From Octopus vulgaris (Eukaryota): a stretch of 64,000 nt of DNA. The notes beneath the pieces were generated by a model. The model ran no database searches, was not told the origin of the DNA, and worked only from the letters and a program-made list of their open reading frames with translations. The stretch covers positions 31,000,001 through 31,064,000 of the forward strand of contig OX597814.1 of the NCBI GenBank assembly GCA_951406725.2, written 5' to 3'. The position numbers were made by a program, and so were the translations under genes. Position 1 is the first letter of the stretch; the number at the start of each line of letters is the position of its first letter. This document shows, piece by piece, positions 1 to 12,583 of this stretch.

Positions 1-299
1 GATAATACAAATAATATATATATGGATATATGCATACATACATGTACATACTTACATATACATGTATATACATATGCATATATGGGTACAGGACGTCCAG
101 AAACTTAAACAACCAGAAAAACTAGAACATAAACTACAAAAACATGGATAATTACCTGTTTTTGAACAACGAAAGAAGCAAATAGAAAAACAAGACAGGC
201 TATATTATATATATATATATACATATATATACATATATATGTATGTATATATATATATATATGTCTCTGTGTGTGTGTTTGTGTGTGTGTGTGTATATT

Positions 300-505
300 T
301 GTGGGTCTGTGTTTGTCCCCTCTCACCATCGCTTGATTCCCGATGCTGGCGAGCTTACGTTCCCATAACTTAGTGGTCCGGCAAAAGACACCGATGGAAT
401 AAGTACTAGGCTGACAAAGAATCAGTCCCGGGATCGATTTGTTCGACTAAAGGCTGTGCACCAACTCGGTCGCAGACAAATGATCGCAAAAATTAAAGGA
501 ATAAA
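300..505 (+). mobile_element. Octopod tRNA-derived SINE (OK/OR-type), 3' half
   Basis: Matches the 3' half of the full copy at 41318-41758 (gtgtttgtcccc...cataacttag...aataagtactaggc...gtcgatttgttcgactaaaggc). Confidence 0.75.
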
Positions 506-571
506 GGAATACATACATATATATACATATATGTATGTATGTATGTGTGTATGCATACATACATATATATA

Positions 572-608
<37 letters not shown>

Positions 609-839
609 GTAACATCCAAGGATCCAGGTGTAGGAAGTTAGTCCCTAGAACGTATAAAAGGTAAGGTTTTAGGAACAATAGTGGTTTATTGATTTAGAAG
701 GCTGTAAATTTTTTTCCGCATCGAAGTTCGATAAGCTGAAAAATGTTATTTCATAGTTCACGGTTAGCAACTGAAATTGCTGTATACGGGAATTAAGTTC
801 CAAATCCATCTACTCCTCTTAGATAATAAATCGATGTAT

Positions 840-2450
840 CCCCTGTATTCCATGGTCCCCTATCCCCCACAAATTTTACCAAGGTAGCAAACCTAATAGG
901 CACTCTTCCTACCCTGTGATTATGGATCCCAAAGCCGCCGCTACCGATCAAAATCTACACCAGAGCGCACCTTCAGACCCCAAGATATAGTCGGGTAACC
1001 TCCTAAACCGGAATAAACGAACCAGGACACGTGGCATCTGGTTCTTAATATTCAGATCAAAGTACCCAAGCTCTTCTTCACCTTACTTGAAGAGCATTTC
1101 CCTTAGTCCGGTTCCCTTAGAAAAATCTTCAAACCCCGATCTATTAAATTTTCGTATTTCATCACAACTGACATTGCTGGTGTAATCCGATATTTGAACA
1201 ATAAGAAACTTGAGAACCAACAGTTAACTTTAATCACAGTAATACAACTCACCCTAACCTCCAACCCCCAACCCATATCCCTAGGACATCCTTAAACTTC
1301 CTTACCCAAACTGACCCTCACACCACCTACCGTAATTCTTTTACTTATCCAAATCCGCTCAACCTACGTTACGATTCTGCTATACACCCTACAGAAATAT
1401 GGAATGATAGAAATAATATCATTTGATACGAGAACTACATCCCTCAGACGACTCCCTCGAAAGCCTAAAATATCAATTCTAACGCTGCGGCGGATAATGA
1501 ATACAACACCGGGCTAACACTAGATAACTATAACCCAGTAAACTCATCTTTAGCACCTTCTAGAACACCATGCAGCTGTAGACTCTCCACCTCCTGTCAT
1601 TCAGATAATAGATGCCTTGCAAAAATATTGTATACAAATGCTCGTTATCAGCTGAGAATTCCAATTATGTGTACATCGGCTCGAGCAGCACCATCTTCAA
1701 AGCCAGAGTGGGTAACCACTATTCTAGCTTCAAATTCCAAGCAAAGACTAACAACACTTCTTTATCTCAGCTTAAACCTAACCTAAAGCAAAAATTAATT
1801 CCATATAATTTAAAATAGTCCATAGTTGCCCATACCAAACAATATTTTTTTGGGAAGCACTCCGTCGCTTACGATGACGAGGGTTCCGGTTCATCCGAAT
1901 CAACGGAACAGCCTGCTCGTGAAATTAACGTGTAAGTGGCTGAGCACTCCACAGACACGTGTACCCTTAACTTAGTTCTCGGGGATATTCAGCGTGACAC
2001 AGAGGGTGACAAGGCCGGCCCTTTTGAAATACAGGTACAACAGAAACAGGAAGTAAGAGTGAGAGAAAGTTGTGGTGAAAGAGTACAGCAGGGATCTCCA
2101 CCATCCCTGCCGGAGCCTCGTGGAGCTTTAGGTGTTTTCACTCAATAAACAGTCACAACGCCCGATCTGGGAATCGAAACCGCGATCCTACGACCGCGAG
2201 TCCGCTGCCCTAACCACTGGGCCATTGCGCCTCCAAACCAAGCCATATAACGGTTATAACAACAAATGAAATCTATGCATCACCAAAGTGTTTTCTATTA
2301 TGCAATCCACCAACTGTTTGAATGAACGAAGCCATCGAATTTTTATTTGTAGACACCGATTATGCAACACATTCTCAAAGTACAAATAATTGCGCCCAGC
2401 CTTGTTATTCCCTAACTATTCCTCTGCCCCTACTTGCAGCTCTTCCATGT
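840..2450 (+). pseudogene. Decayed Penelope-like element (RT-linker plus GIY-YIG endonuclease), interrupted by a SINE
   Basis: ORF 1612-1818 reads NIVYKC...YVYIGSSSTIFKARVGNHYSSF (GIY-YIG). The reading resumes after the SINE at about 2236 with a KPYNG..N.C.LC-like segment. Frameshifts and stops are present. Confidence 0.75.
1855..2234 (-). mobile_element. tRNA-derived SINE inserted in the Penelope endonuclease
   Basis: Minus strand starts ggaggcgcaatggcccagtggttagggcagcgg...ggtttcgattccc (A and B boxes) and ends in an A-rich tail. Flanks show a degenerate duplication (accaaacaatat / accaagccatat). Confidence 0.75.
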
Positions 2451-3260
2451 GTTTATATCAAACAACTTTTTAACTACCTTTATATTTTTTATATTTTAAA
2501 ATATTTTTTAATATTTGATATTTAATATTTTTTCTATCCTTATGATCTCCCTACACCTTCCTTCTACATATGAACATACACAGGTGTTCACGCGCGCATG
2601 TACACCTACAAGATACTATGCGCTTGAATAGTTTTACTGTTAAGTGATAAACTACCAACTTACCAAGAACTGCTACCTTCCCCTATTAACTACCAACGTT
2701 ATGTTCCAGCTCCCCCTCCTTTCCCCTACTGCTAACAAATTCTAACTTACTATCACTCTTATATTTTCTCTCTCTATCCCCTCCTCCTAACATTCTACCA
2801 CTTTATTTCTCTTTGGCCTTGTTTAAATCTATTTACTGAGTGCCACAATATGCTTATTCATTTTGCTGTAGACACAGTAAATGATCTTAGTTTAAATTCA
2901 CAAAGACTTTCCCTTAGCCAGCTTCAATGGTACCAAAATTTTTCCCCTGTTCTTCCCCCTCTCTTTTTCTTTATTCATATTCTTTTTCTTAACAACTTTA
3001 GACATTTGCCAACTCCCATATGTTATTTCTTCACACATATACTTTCCTTTTGGTTCTCTCATTTCACTGCTTTTAACGCATTTTCGATCAAATCTCCAGC
3101 GAGGTAACATGGGATTCCTTGACGACAATGCAACTTTCATCTGACTAAGTATGTATGTACATGTGAACGTATGTTTATGTACTGATATGTGTCTATTCAA
3201 GTTGTATACATGACTATTACTTTGTTGAAGGTTGTGCACACACACACATAGTGAGAATTT

Positions 3261-3354
<94 letters not shown>

Positions 3355-3384
3355 GTGTGTGTGTAAATATATATAGTGAGAATT

Positions 3385-5210
3385 TGCAAAAAAACAACAA
3401 CAAAAGACGAAGACAGGTGGTGTAGACAACAAACAGATGTATTAGTTTAACGCTCGGTAAGTGAGAAAGTCTTTTACGTTTCGAGCCTAAGCTTTTCGAC
3501 AGAACGGAACACAGAAAGAAACAGGGAGAGAAAATAAAAAAATTATTAGTGGCTAGAGACCAATCATGGCGAATGCCGGACAGAGGGGTCACACGGATAA
3601 CGTTTAAAATTCAAATTTGCTTTTTAAAGATTTTTTTAATCTTTGATTTACAGACATATACATATACAATATATACATATATCTACACAATACTCATATT
3701 TGCATGCATGTACATACTCATACACTCACATACACAACACACAGCACATGCACAGACGTACACACACATACATCTACACATACGTACACACGTATCAATC
3801 TATGTACGCTCATACTGTTATATATAACTACATATATGTATTTCAGTATCATGCATCTCAACATGTATGTAAGGATTTCGACATGTAAATGAGAGAAAGT
3901 GGCGGTTATAGAGAGGTACTCCTGAGTGGAATATGGGTGTTAACCCATTCGGATTTACGGTTGAGAGTTTTGTATTCTTGTATACAGACAGCTTCAGTGA
4001 CTTGTCTCACCATTGCATCAGTGGGATGTGTAGATAAGATGTTTAACTTGAGTCTCCTTAAAAAGCCCTTGTGGCAGTCTACAGCATGCTGAAAGAAGAT
4101 GGATTTTGATTTCTTTTCAATGTAGTTGTCCAGGTGTTCTTTGAGCCTATCATTTATGCTCCTACAAGTCTCACCAATATATGACTCTTGGATAACGCGC
4201 ATGCTCCTTCTTGGTACTTAATTTGGTAAACAGTGTTCTTCGTTTTGCAGTTCACATGTGGGTTTGTAGAACGTATTGCACAATTATTCTGACACGTGAT
4301 TCTAGCAAATGGATATGATCTACTTAATACAGATTTGATAGTCCTACCCGTATATTCTACAACTTTGATCTTAAGGCCAGTTGTGCGCAGGATTTTCTTA
4401 AATGCCTTACTTACTTCGTTCTTAGGTGTAGCGTCAACAAACATTACAATGTGAAACTTCTTGTTATCATACCAAGTATTGTTTTTATTTCTTTCGTTGT
4501 TGTCCGTCTCCAACCTTTTCCAGAACTTGTTGTGGTATAGGGGGCATATACCGTTTTCGTCATCTCTTAGAATACGTTCGAATTTTGTTTTCGCTCATTT
4601 GTACACTCTGATTCTATCGTATTGTGTGTATCCGGAACGTTGCATTCGGAATATGTAGTGCTGGATGTGTTGTTGTCGTTCTTGTGGTTAGCATAGTGGG
4701 GATACATTCCTCATTACTCTAACTAAGTCTGCCACCAGGATGTTGATCTTGGTAGTACTCGACATCGCTGAGTCACTGCGGATTACCAGTGGATTAGCCA
4801 TAGGTTTACAATAGTGTGAGAGGATTAAACAGGGTTTAACAGTTATATTAATCATAGTATTTTCTATCCACAGCTCAGTATCGTGGACTGGCAATCTATA
4901 ACTGGGGCGTTTAGAGGGGTTGTCTACGGTAACCTATGCTATGGATAGAGTCAGCTGTGTGTCGTATAGCTGTCATCACCTGTTCTTCATTTAATAGTGT
5001 CCATACGTGTATTACTATTACTTTTCACAAGTTTATTATCGTCAACGTATCGAGTGTACATAGCTAAAAGTGGATGTTACGGGTCGCTAGGCACCGTTTA
5101 AAATGTCTGTCCCACCATACCATGAAGAGGTTAGCAACATCACCGGCGATCCAACAGTACCGCTTTTCATCCGTTTATACAATTTATTGTTAAATGTTCA
5201 AATGTAGTTT
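3385..5210 (-). pseudogene. Decayed Penelope-like element (RT C-terminus, linker, GIY-YIG, 3' terminal repeat)
   Basis: RYVDD is encoded at 5038-5052 (-). ORFs 4688-4894, 4154-4513 (CKTKNTVYQI) and 3906-4202 (YIGETCRSINDRLKEH) follow in order. A hammerhead-like terminal repeat lies at 3470-3507. Confidence 0.8.
3470..3507 (-). ncRNA. Minimal hammerhead-like motif (CUGUCGA variant)
   Basis: ccguu-CUGUCGA-AAAGCuuagGCUC-GAAA-CG-UA-aaaga. Same family as 43144-43181 and 57858-57895. Confidence 0.4.
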
Positions 5211-5284
5211 TTAAGAGTAGTTCTCAGCTGCAGCACGGAATTTTGTCAGTGAACAGGTCGCGGTCTCAAAGCGACAAAAATATG

Positions 5285-5344
<60 letters not shown>

Positions 5345-5890
5345 GCAGTACCAGACAGTGGCTCTCATGGCTTCTGATCTTAACTGATTGGAAGTGTTAT
5401 CATGTACATTGTTTTGTCTTGGTATAAAAGATGGGCTACAGCAAATATTCTGCTCAATACCACAGATTTGCTTGTCAGTTGTTTGACCTTAACCAGTTGA
5501 GCATGTCCCTTAGTGGCTGACGATATGTGCATCTCTAATCACGAGCAGAAGTAGTGGGTGAGCATCATAGCCATGTGTTGAGAGGGATTCTTTGGGGTTT
5601 GAATAATTCACCTCTGGAAACATGGGTGTTTCGTTCAACGTCCTTAAATAACCCTTATTCAGGGACCTTTTGAGCGGGATGGGCTACTCAACTTGAAGAA
5701 AATTCTAACTGGGCCCCACCTGCAAGGTCATGTGCTGTTTATCTTGATATGAGATCACCATGTCGCGCACATATGGTTGTGATGCATGTGCCTGGTGTAC
5801 CTTTATCAGACGGGTAGTCATGATGGGTATATTGGGCTTCGTATATTTTACCCCAGTGTCACTTTGATGGCATGCACTGCTCTCTCACTC
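5345..5890 (+). mobile_element. Interspersed element embedded in (AAT)n, possibly the 3' region of a microsatellite-targeting non-LTR element
   Basis: A 545-bp more GC-balanced block flanked on both sides by (AAT)n (5285-5344, 5891-5928). Family assignment is inference. Confidence 0.45.
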
Positions 5891-5931
<41 letters not shown>

Positions 5932-6289
5932 CAGTATAAAAAAAACCTTAGGAATGAGAACCTTCAAAGAATAAAGATAAATTCAGGTGTTCTGATGATT
6001 TCAGAGCGTTTAGAATGCTTTTTATGCTTTGATATTGGTGAAACATTTCCATCTTCAGTGTCTAGATCTTTGCAAACTTTGAAGACGAAAGTTCTGGCAA
6101 CGTTTAAAAATCAATATATTTCTAAATCGCTATGCTCAGGCTTTATAACCACAATAACAGCATGCCTCTACATTTCTTGAGTAAGCTGAGGGTCTGCCAT
6201 TATTATTTTCTGAAACATAGATTATACAGAGTTAGCAAAAAATGCAGCTATGACCATAAAATGGTATGTCCTCAAATACCTGACGCACC

Positions 6290-6291
<2 letters not shown>

Positions 6292-6358
<67 letters not shown>

Positions 6359-6395
6359 TATATATATATATTTATATACATATACATATATATAC

Positions 6396-6447
<52 letters not shown>

Positions 6448-6481
6448 ATACACACACACACACACATATATATACATATAC

Positions 6482-6531
<50 letters not shown>
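6292..6531. repeat. (TA)n/(CA)n microsatellite
   Basis: Direct reading. Confidence 0.95.
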
Positions 6532-6532
<1 letters not shown>

Positions 6533-6757
6533 AATTGAATAATAAGGGTAGAAATGGATATCAATCAGTTAAACCCAGTGGCTTAACGTATTTAAGAAAT
6601 CCGAAGATTAAAAATTGTCTGACATACATAATTAAGAGAAATGACCACTAAAGTGGACACCTAATGTGCTAAACATAGACGTCAAATCGCCATTACCACA
6701 ATATATATATATATTTTTTTCATAGATTTTTTTTTCATAGCATTTTCCTGATGGCCG

Positions 6758-6818
6758 GATAACTGAAGAGATGGCGGCGTGGATTTCCACCCGGATATCC
6801 GAACCTCGGAGTTTTATC
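6758..6818 (+). ncRNA. Degenerate type I hammerhead motif
   Basis: gauaa-CUGAAGA-(stem II)-GAAC-CUCGGA-GUU-uuauc. Stem I gauaa/uuauc pairs, but GAAA is mutated to GAAC. Confidence 0.35.
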
Positions 6819-6847
6819 ATGGCTACCGAATAATTGCCACATATTAC

Positions 6848-6912
<65 letters not shown>

Positions 6913-7474
6913 TACTTACAGACATATGTATATACATAAGCCTATGTGGGCACAGGACGTCACAGAATATAAAGAACATGAAATACGAAATCTGAATACA
7001 TGGAATATGAGCTTTTTTCGAACAACGTAAGAAACAAAAGGAAAAAAAGACAAGCAACATAAAGAACGATTCTTCATCAGTTATTGGCTGTTTTCTTATT
7101 CCGTATGTCGAGCAATTCACGACAAGAAACGCCTTCGTCATGGCATCTCGTTTAGGCTTAGCAGCCCTTCTTGTTTGTTTTCACTGTCCTGTTTTTGTTA
7201 CCAATTTTGACCGTCCGCAAAATCCCAAATTTTATTTAATTTGCTCCGTGGGAGCAACTGTTTTGTCGGAGGATATGTGCATCTACGAACAACTATCCCC
7301 TTCGGACTAAACACAAACCTTTCCGCCTATTAACTGCCTCTACATTCTCTTGCAACAAAGCAACTTTATTTCATTTTTCATTTTTTGTTTTTAATCGCGC
7401 CATTTTATATTGTATTAACTTCTTTATCCCCTTTCAACCTATTTTTAAAATTTATATTATGAATTTTATTTCTA

Positions 7475-7478
7475 TATG

Positions 7479-7517
<39 letters not shown>

Positions 7518-8415
7518 ACGTATACACACACGAAAAATTACACGCACCCGTGCACACACATAAACGCACATATACTTCTCACACACACCACGCACATACA
7601 ACACACATACACACACATACTTCAACACACACATACACTCACGCACATACATAAGCACACACGCGCATAAACGCGCACACACATGCACACACACACACAC
7701 GCATACATACACATACACCCACGCACACACGCACAAACATGCGCGCACACATACACGCACGTATACAAGCGCACACACACATACACACGCACAGGAATGC
7801 ACAGATACCTAACCCACACAACCCCACGCACACACAGACACACACCTATACACACACACGCACACATAAACGTACACGCGTACACATAACCACATACTCA
7901 TACATACACAAGTACAGGCGTATACACGCAACAAAACGCACACATAACTCGACACATCTCAACGTTCACCCACACATATACACATGCACGCATATAAAAA
8001 CATGCACACGCACGCATATAAAAACATGCACACACGCACATGCACACACATATATAGACACTCACATACACATACATACACAAAATACACAAGCACATAC
8101 ACACATGTATACACGCACAAACACTCACAAGCAACACACATATATACACACTCACACACATACCCACCTACGCACACGCAAATAAACTCACAAATACCTT
8201 CCATACACACGCAACACACACACATACATACACGCACGCAATTATACATACATGGACACACATACACGCAAATACAAGCACACACACGCATACACACACA
8301 GTTACGTACATTTACTCCACACACACAACCGCACGCGTAAACCCTTACCCACACGTACACACATACATACACACACACAGACGCACACTGCACACAAAGC
8401 ACACGCACACACATA
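7475..8415. repeat. Long degenerate (CA)n-rich simple repeat
   Basis: Direct reading; source of the His/Thr and Cys/Val pseudo-ORFs. Confidence 0.95.
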
Positions 8416-8787
8416 CTTCAAACTACCAGTTAACACCTTTCTACTGATCATTCCCATACGCATATGTAGACAGACAACCACTCCTATTAAAATTCTTACT
8501 ATAAATTCTTCCAACGAACTTAAGGGACACTAAGTCAAACCACACACATACATAAACAGCCACAACTACACATGCACACAGACACACATGCACACATGCA
8601 CTTGCTATCATTACACACACAGACCTGCGCGCACTTACATGCCCACACATACCTCCTTCTCTTGCTCTCTCCTGTTTTAGAAAGAACTTATTCTTCACCC
8701 GTTCCCTTCCGGTCATTTCAATATGTGACCGCGTGTGTAACGTAGGCGATTTTCTTTCTCCGTCTTCTCTTCTGTGGACTTTTCTAT

Positions 8788-8822
8788 ATTTCTGATGAAG
8801 AGCTCCGTTCGAAACGTGAAAT
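8788..8822 (+). ncRNA. Degenerate minimal hammerhead motif in a Penelope-type terminal repeat
   Basis: auuu-CUGAUGA-A-GAGCuccGUUC-GAAA-CG-UG-aaau. The cleavage position is G, so it is likely inactive. The downstream sequence recurs at 59040-59090. Confidence 0.4.
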
Positions 8823-9304
8823 CCTTTCTTTTCTTTCCTCTCCTGAACGTCCAATAACACAGTACTTGTGCCACGTCCTCGCGTTGTTGTTTTTTCTTGC
8901 TTGTTCTTATATGGATTGAATATGCATGTATATATGATGTTGTTTTTGTGTCTCCTTTTGACTCAAAGCCGTAGGGCGCCTGTGTCATCCATGTTTTTAA
9001 CCGTTACTGTCTTCAAAAAAGTTTTTTTCGTTTCATGTTCGTCTCTGTTGCGTTGCATTCTTTCCTTCTGGGGCTGGCCGATTCAGAGCGGATCTCAGAA
9101 TTAAACAGCCGAAATCTGCGATGAGGAATCGGTTTCTGACTGAAGAACGAAGGCTTTGAATGACCCGTCTGTCTCTTATGTTCGTCCCTTCGTGTATTTC
9201 ACGTTATTTATTTATGTAAAGGTTTATTATTATATTTTATATATATATATGTATATATATGTATGTATATATATATGTATATATCTATATATGTATGTAT
9301 ATAT

Positions 9305-12300
9305 AACATAAGGGACTAAAGCCATCTGAATATGGCTAGGGACAGGGCAGGGTGGTGGGGGTGTTACTGTTGCATTTAGCCCCAGGCGAACATCGACGTC
9401 ACCAGAAAGGCTCGACACCGTCACGGTGCCCTAAACCTGCAAAGGGAGGTAATTCCCCGATGAAGCGGAAACCACACACGGACCATGGTTTCAAGGTGTA
9501 TTGCCTATCATCGGCGTGTGGTAGGCCTCCGCTTCCTCGACGAATTCTCTCTCTGCAGGATTTTCTTATATAGATTTTCAAGCAAAATAAATTTGCTGAT
9601 TTCGAAAATCTGTTCGAAAGCAATAATAATTCTCTAAAAGGAATATAGACAGTAACTGCTCGACAACATAAGGGACTAAAGCCATCTGAATATGGCTAGG
9701 GACAGGGCAGGGTGGTGGGGGTGTTACTGTTGCATTTAGCCCCAGGCGAACATCGACGTCACCAGAAAGGCTCGACACCGTCACGGTGCCCTAAACCTGC
9801 AAAGGGAGGTAATTCCCCGATGAAGCGGAAACCACACACGGACCATGGTTTCAAGGTGTATTGCCTATCATCGGCGTGTGGTAGGCCTCCGCTTCCTCGA
9901 CGAATTCTCTCTCTGCAGGATTTTCTTATATAGATTTTCAAGCAAAATAAATTTGCTGATTTCGAAAATCTGTTCGAAAGCAATAATAATTCTCTAAAAG
10001 GAATATAGACAGTAACTGCTCGACAACATAAGGGACTAAAGCCATCTGAATATGGCTAGGGACAGGGCAGGGTGGTGGGGGTGTTACTGTTGCATTTAGC
10101 CCCAGGCGAACATCGACGTCACCAGAAAGGCTCGACACCGTCACGGTGCCCTAAACCTGCAAAGGGAGGTAATTCCCCGATGAAGCGGAAACCACACACG
10201 GACCATGGTTTCAAGGTGTATTGCCTATCATCGGCGTGTGGTAGGCCTCCGCTTCCTCGACGAATTCTCTCTCTGCAGGATTTTCTTATATAGATTTTCA
10301 AGCAAAATAAATTTGCTGATTTCGAAAATCTGTTCGAAAGCAATAATAATTCTCTAAAAGGAATATAGACAGTAACTGCTCGACAACATAAGGGACTAAA
10401 GCCATCTGAATATGGCTAGGGACAGGGCAGGGTGGTGGGGGTGTTACTGTTGCATTTAGCCCCAGGCGAACATCGACGTCACCAGAAAGGCTCGACACCG
10501 TCACGGTGCCCTAAACCTGCAAAGGGAGGTAATTCCCCGATGAAGCGGAAACCACACACGGACCATGGTTTCAAGGTGTATTGCCTATCATCGGCGTGTG
10601 GTAGGCCTCCGCTTCCTCGACGAATTCTCTCTCTGCAGGATTTTCTTATATAGATTTTCAAGCAAAATAAATTTGCTGATTTCGAAAATCTGTTCGAAAG
10701 CAATAATAATTCTCTAAAAGGAATATAGACAGTAACTGCTCGACAACATAAGGGACTAAAGCCATCTGAATATGGCTAGGGACAGGGCAGGGTGGTGGGG
10801 GTGTTACTGTTGCATTTAGCCCCAGGCGAACATCGACGTCACCAGAAAGGCTCGACACCGTCACGGTGCCCTAAACCTGCAAAGGGAGGTAATTCCCCGA
10901 TGAAGCGGAAACCACACACGGACCATGGTTTCAAGGTGTATTGCCTATCATCGGCGTGTGGTAGGCCTCCGCTTCCTCGACGAATTCTCTCTCTGCAGGA
11001 TTTTCTTATATAGATTTTCAAGCAAAATAAATTTGCTGATTTCGAAAATCTGTTCGAAAGCAATAATAATTCTCTAAAAGGAATATAGACAGTAACTGCT
11101 CGACAACATAAGGGACTAAAGCCATCTGAATATGGCTAGGGACAGGGCAGGGTGGTGGGGGTGTTACTGTTGCATTTAGCCCCAGGCGAACATCGACGTC
11201 ACCAGAAAGGCTCGACACCGTCACGGTGCCCTAAACCTGCAAAGGGAGGTAATTCCCCGATGAAGCGGAAACCACACACGGACCATGGTTTCAAGGTGTA
11301 TTGCCTATCATCGGCGTGTGGTAGGCCTCCGCTTCCTCGACGAATTCTCTCTCTGCAGGATTTTCTTATATAGATTTTCAAGCAAAATAAATTTGCTGAT
11401 TTCGAAAATCTGTTCGAAAGCAATAATAATTCTCTAAAAGGAATATAGACAGTAACTGCTCGACAACATAAGGGACTAAAGCCATCTGAATATGGCTAGG
11501 GACAGGGCAGGGTGGTGGGGGTGTTACTGTTGCATTTAGCCCCAGGCGAACATCGACGTCACCAGAAAGGCTCGACACCGTCACGGTGCCCTAAACCTGC
11601 AAAGGGAGGTAATTCCCCGATGAAGCGGAAACCACACACGGACCATGGTTTCAAGGTGTATTGCCTATCATCGGCGTGTGGTAGGCCTCCGCTTCCTCGA
11701 CGAATTTCTCTCTGCAGGATTTTCTTATATAGATTTTCAAGCAAAATAAATTTGCTGATTTCGAAAATCTGTTCGAAAGCAATAATAATTCTCTAAAAGG
11801 AATATAGACAGTAACTGCTCGACAACATAAGGGACTAAAGCCATCTGAATATGGCTAGGGACAGGGCAGGGTGGTGGGGGTGTTACTGTTGCATTTAGCC
11901 CCAGGCGAACATCGACGTCACCAGAAAGGCTCGACACCGTCACGGTGCCCTAAACCTGCAAAGGGAGGTAATTCCCCGATGAAGCGGAAACCACACACGG
12001 ACCATGGTTTCAAGGTGTATTGCCTATCATCGGCGTGTGGTAGGCCTCCGCTTCCTCGACGAATTCTCTCTCTGCAGGATTTTCTTATATAGATTTTCAA
12101 GCAAAATAAATTTGCTGATTTCGAAAATCTGTTCGAAAGCAATAATAATTCTCTAAAAGGAATATAGACAGTAACTGCTCGACAACATAAGGGACTAAAG
12201 CCATCTGAATATGGCTAGGGACAGGGCAGGGTGGTGGGGGTGTTACTGTTGCATTTAGCCCCAGGCGAACATCGACGTCACCAGAAAGGCTCGACACCGT

Positions 12301-12583
12301 CACGGTGCCCTAAACCTGCAAAGGGAGGTAATTCCCCGATGAAGCGGAAACCACACACGGACCATGGTTTCAAGGTGTATTGCCTATCATCGGCGTGTGG
12401 TAGGCCTCCGCTTCCTCGACGAATTCTCTCTCTGCAGGATTTTCTTATATAGATTTTCAAGCAAAATAAATTTGCTGATTTCGAAAATCTGTTCGAAAGC
12501 AATAATAATTCTCTAAAAGGAATATAGACAGTAACTGCTCGACAACATAAGGGACTAAAGCCATCTGAATATGGCTAGGGACA
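9305..12583 (-). mobile_element. Tandem array of 360-bp hammerhead-containing units (putative non-LTR retrozyme), about 9.1 copies, ribozyme sense on the minus strand
   Basis: Exact 360-bp periodicity, with a single 1-nt deletion near 11707. Hammerheads at 9475-9520, 9835-9880, 10195-10240, 10555-10600, 10915-10960, 11275-11320, 11635-11680, 11994-12039 and 12354-12399. Confidence 0.8.
9475..9520 (-). ncRNA. Minimal type I hammerhead ribozyme (first of 9 minus-strand copies)
   Basis: CACACG-CCGAUGA-uAGGcaauacaCCUu-GAAA-C-CAUG-GUC^-CGUGUG. Confidence 0.75.

Noticed and set aside
9594-9623. ctgat...gaaa in the AT-rich half of the unit as another hammerhead
   Set aside because: It reads CUGAUUU (lacks G8/A9) and has no stem III or NUH site. 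It belongs to an ordinary hairpin.
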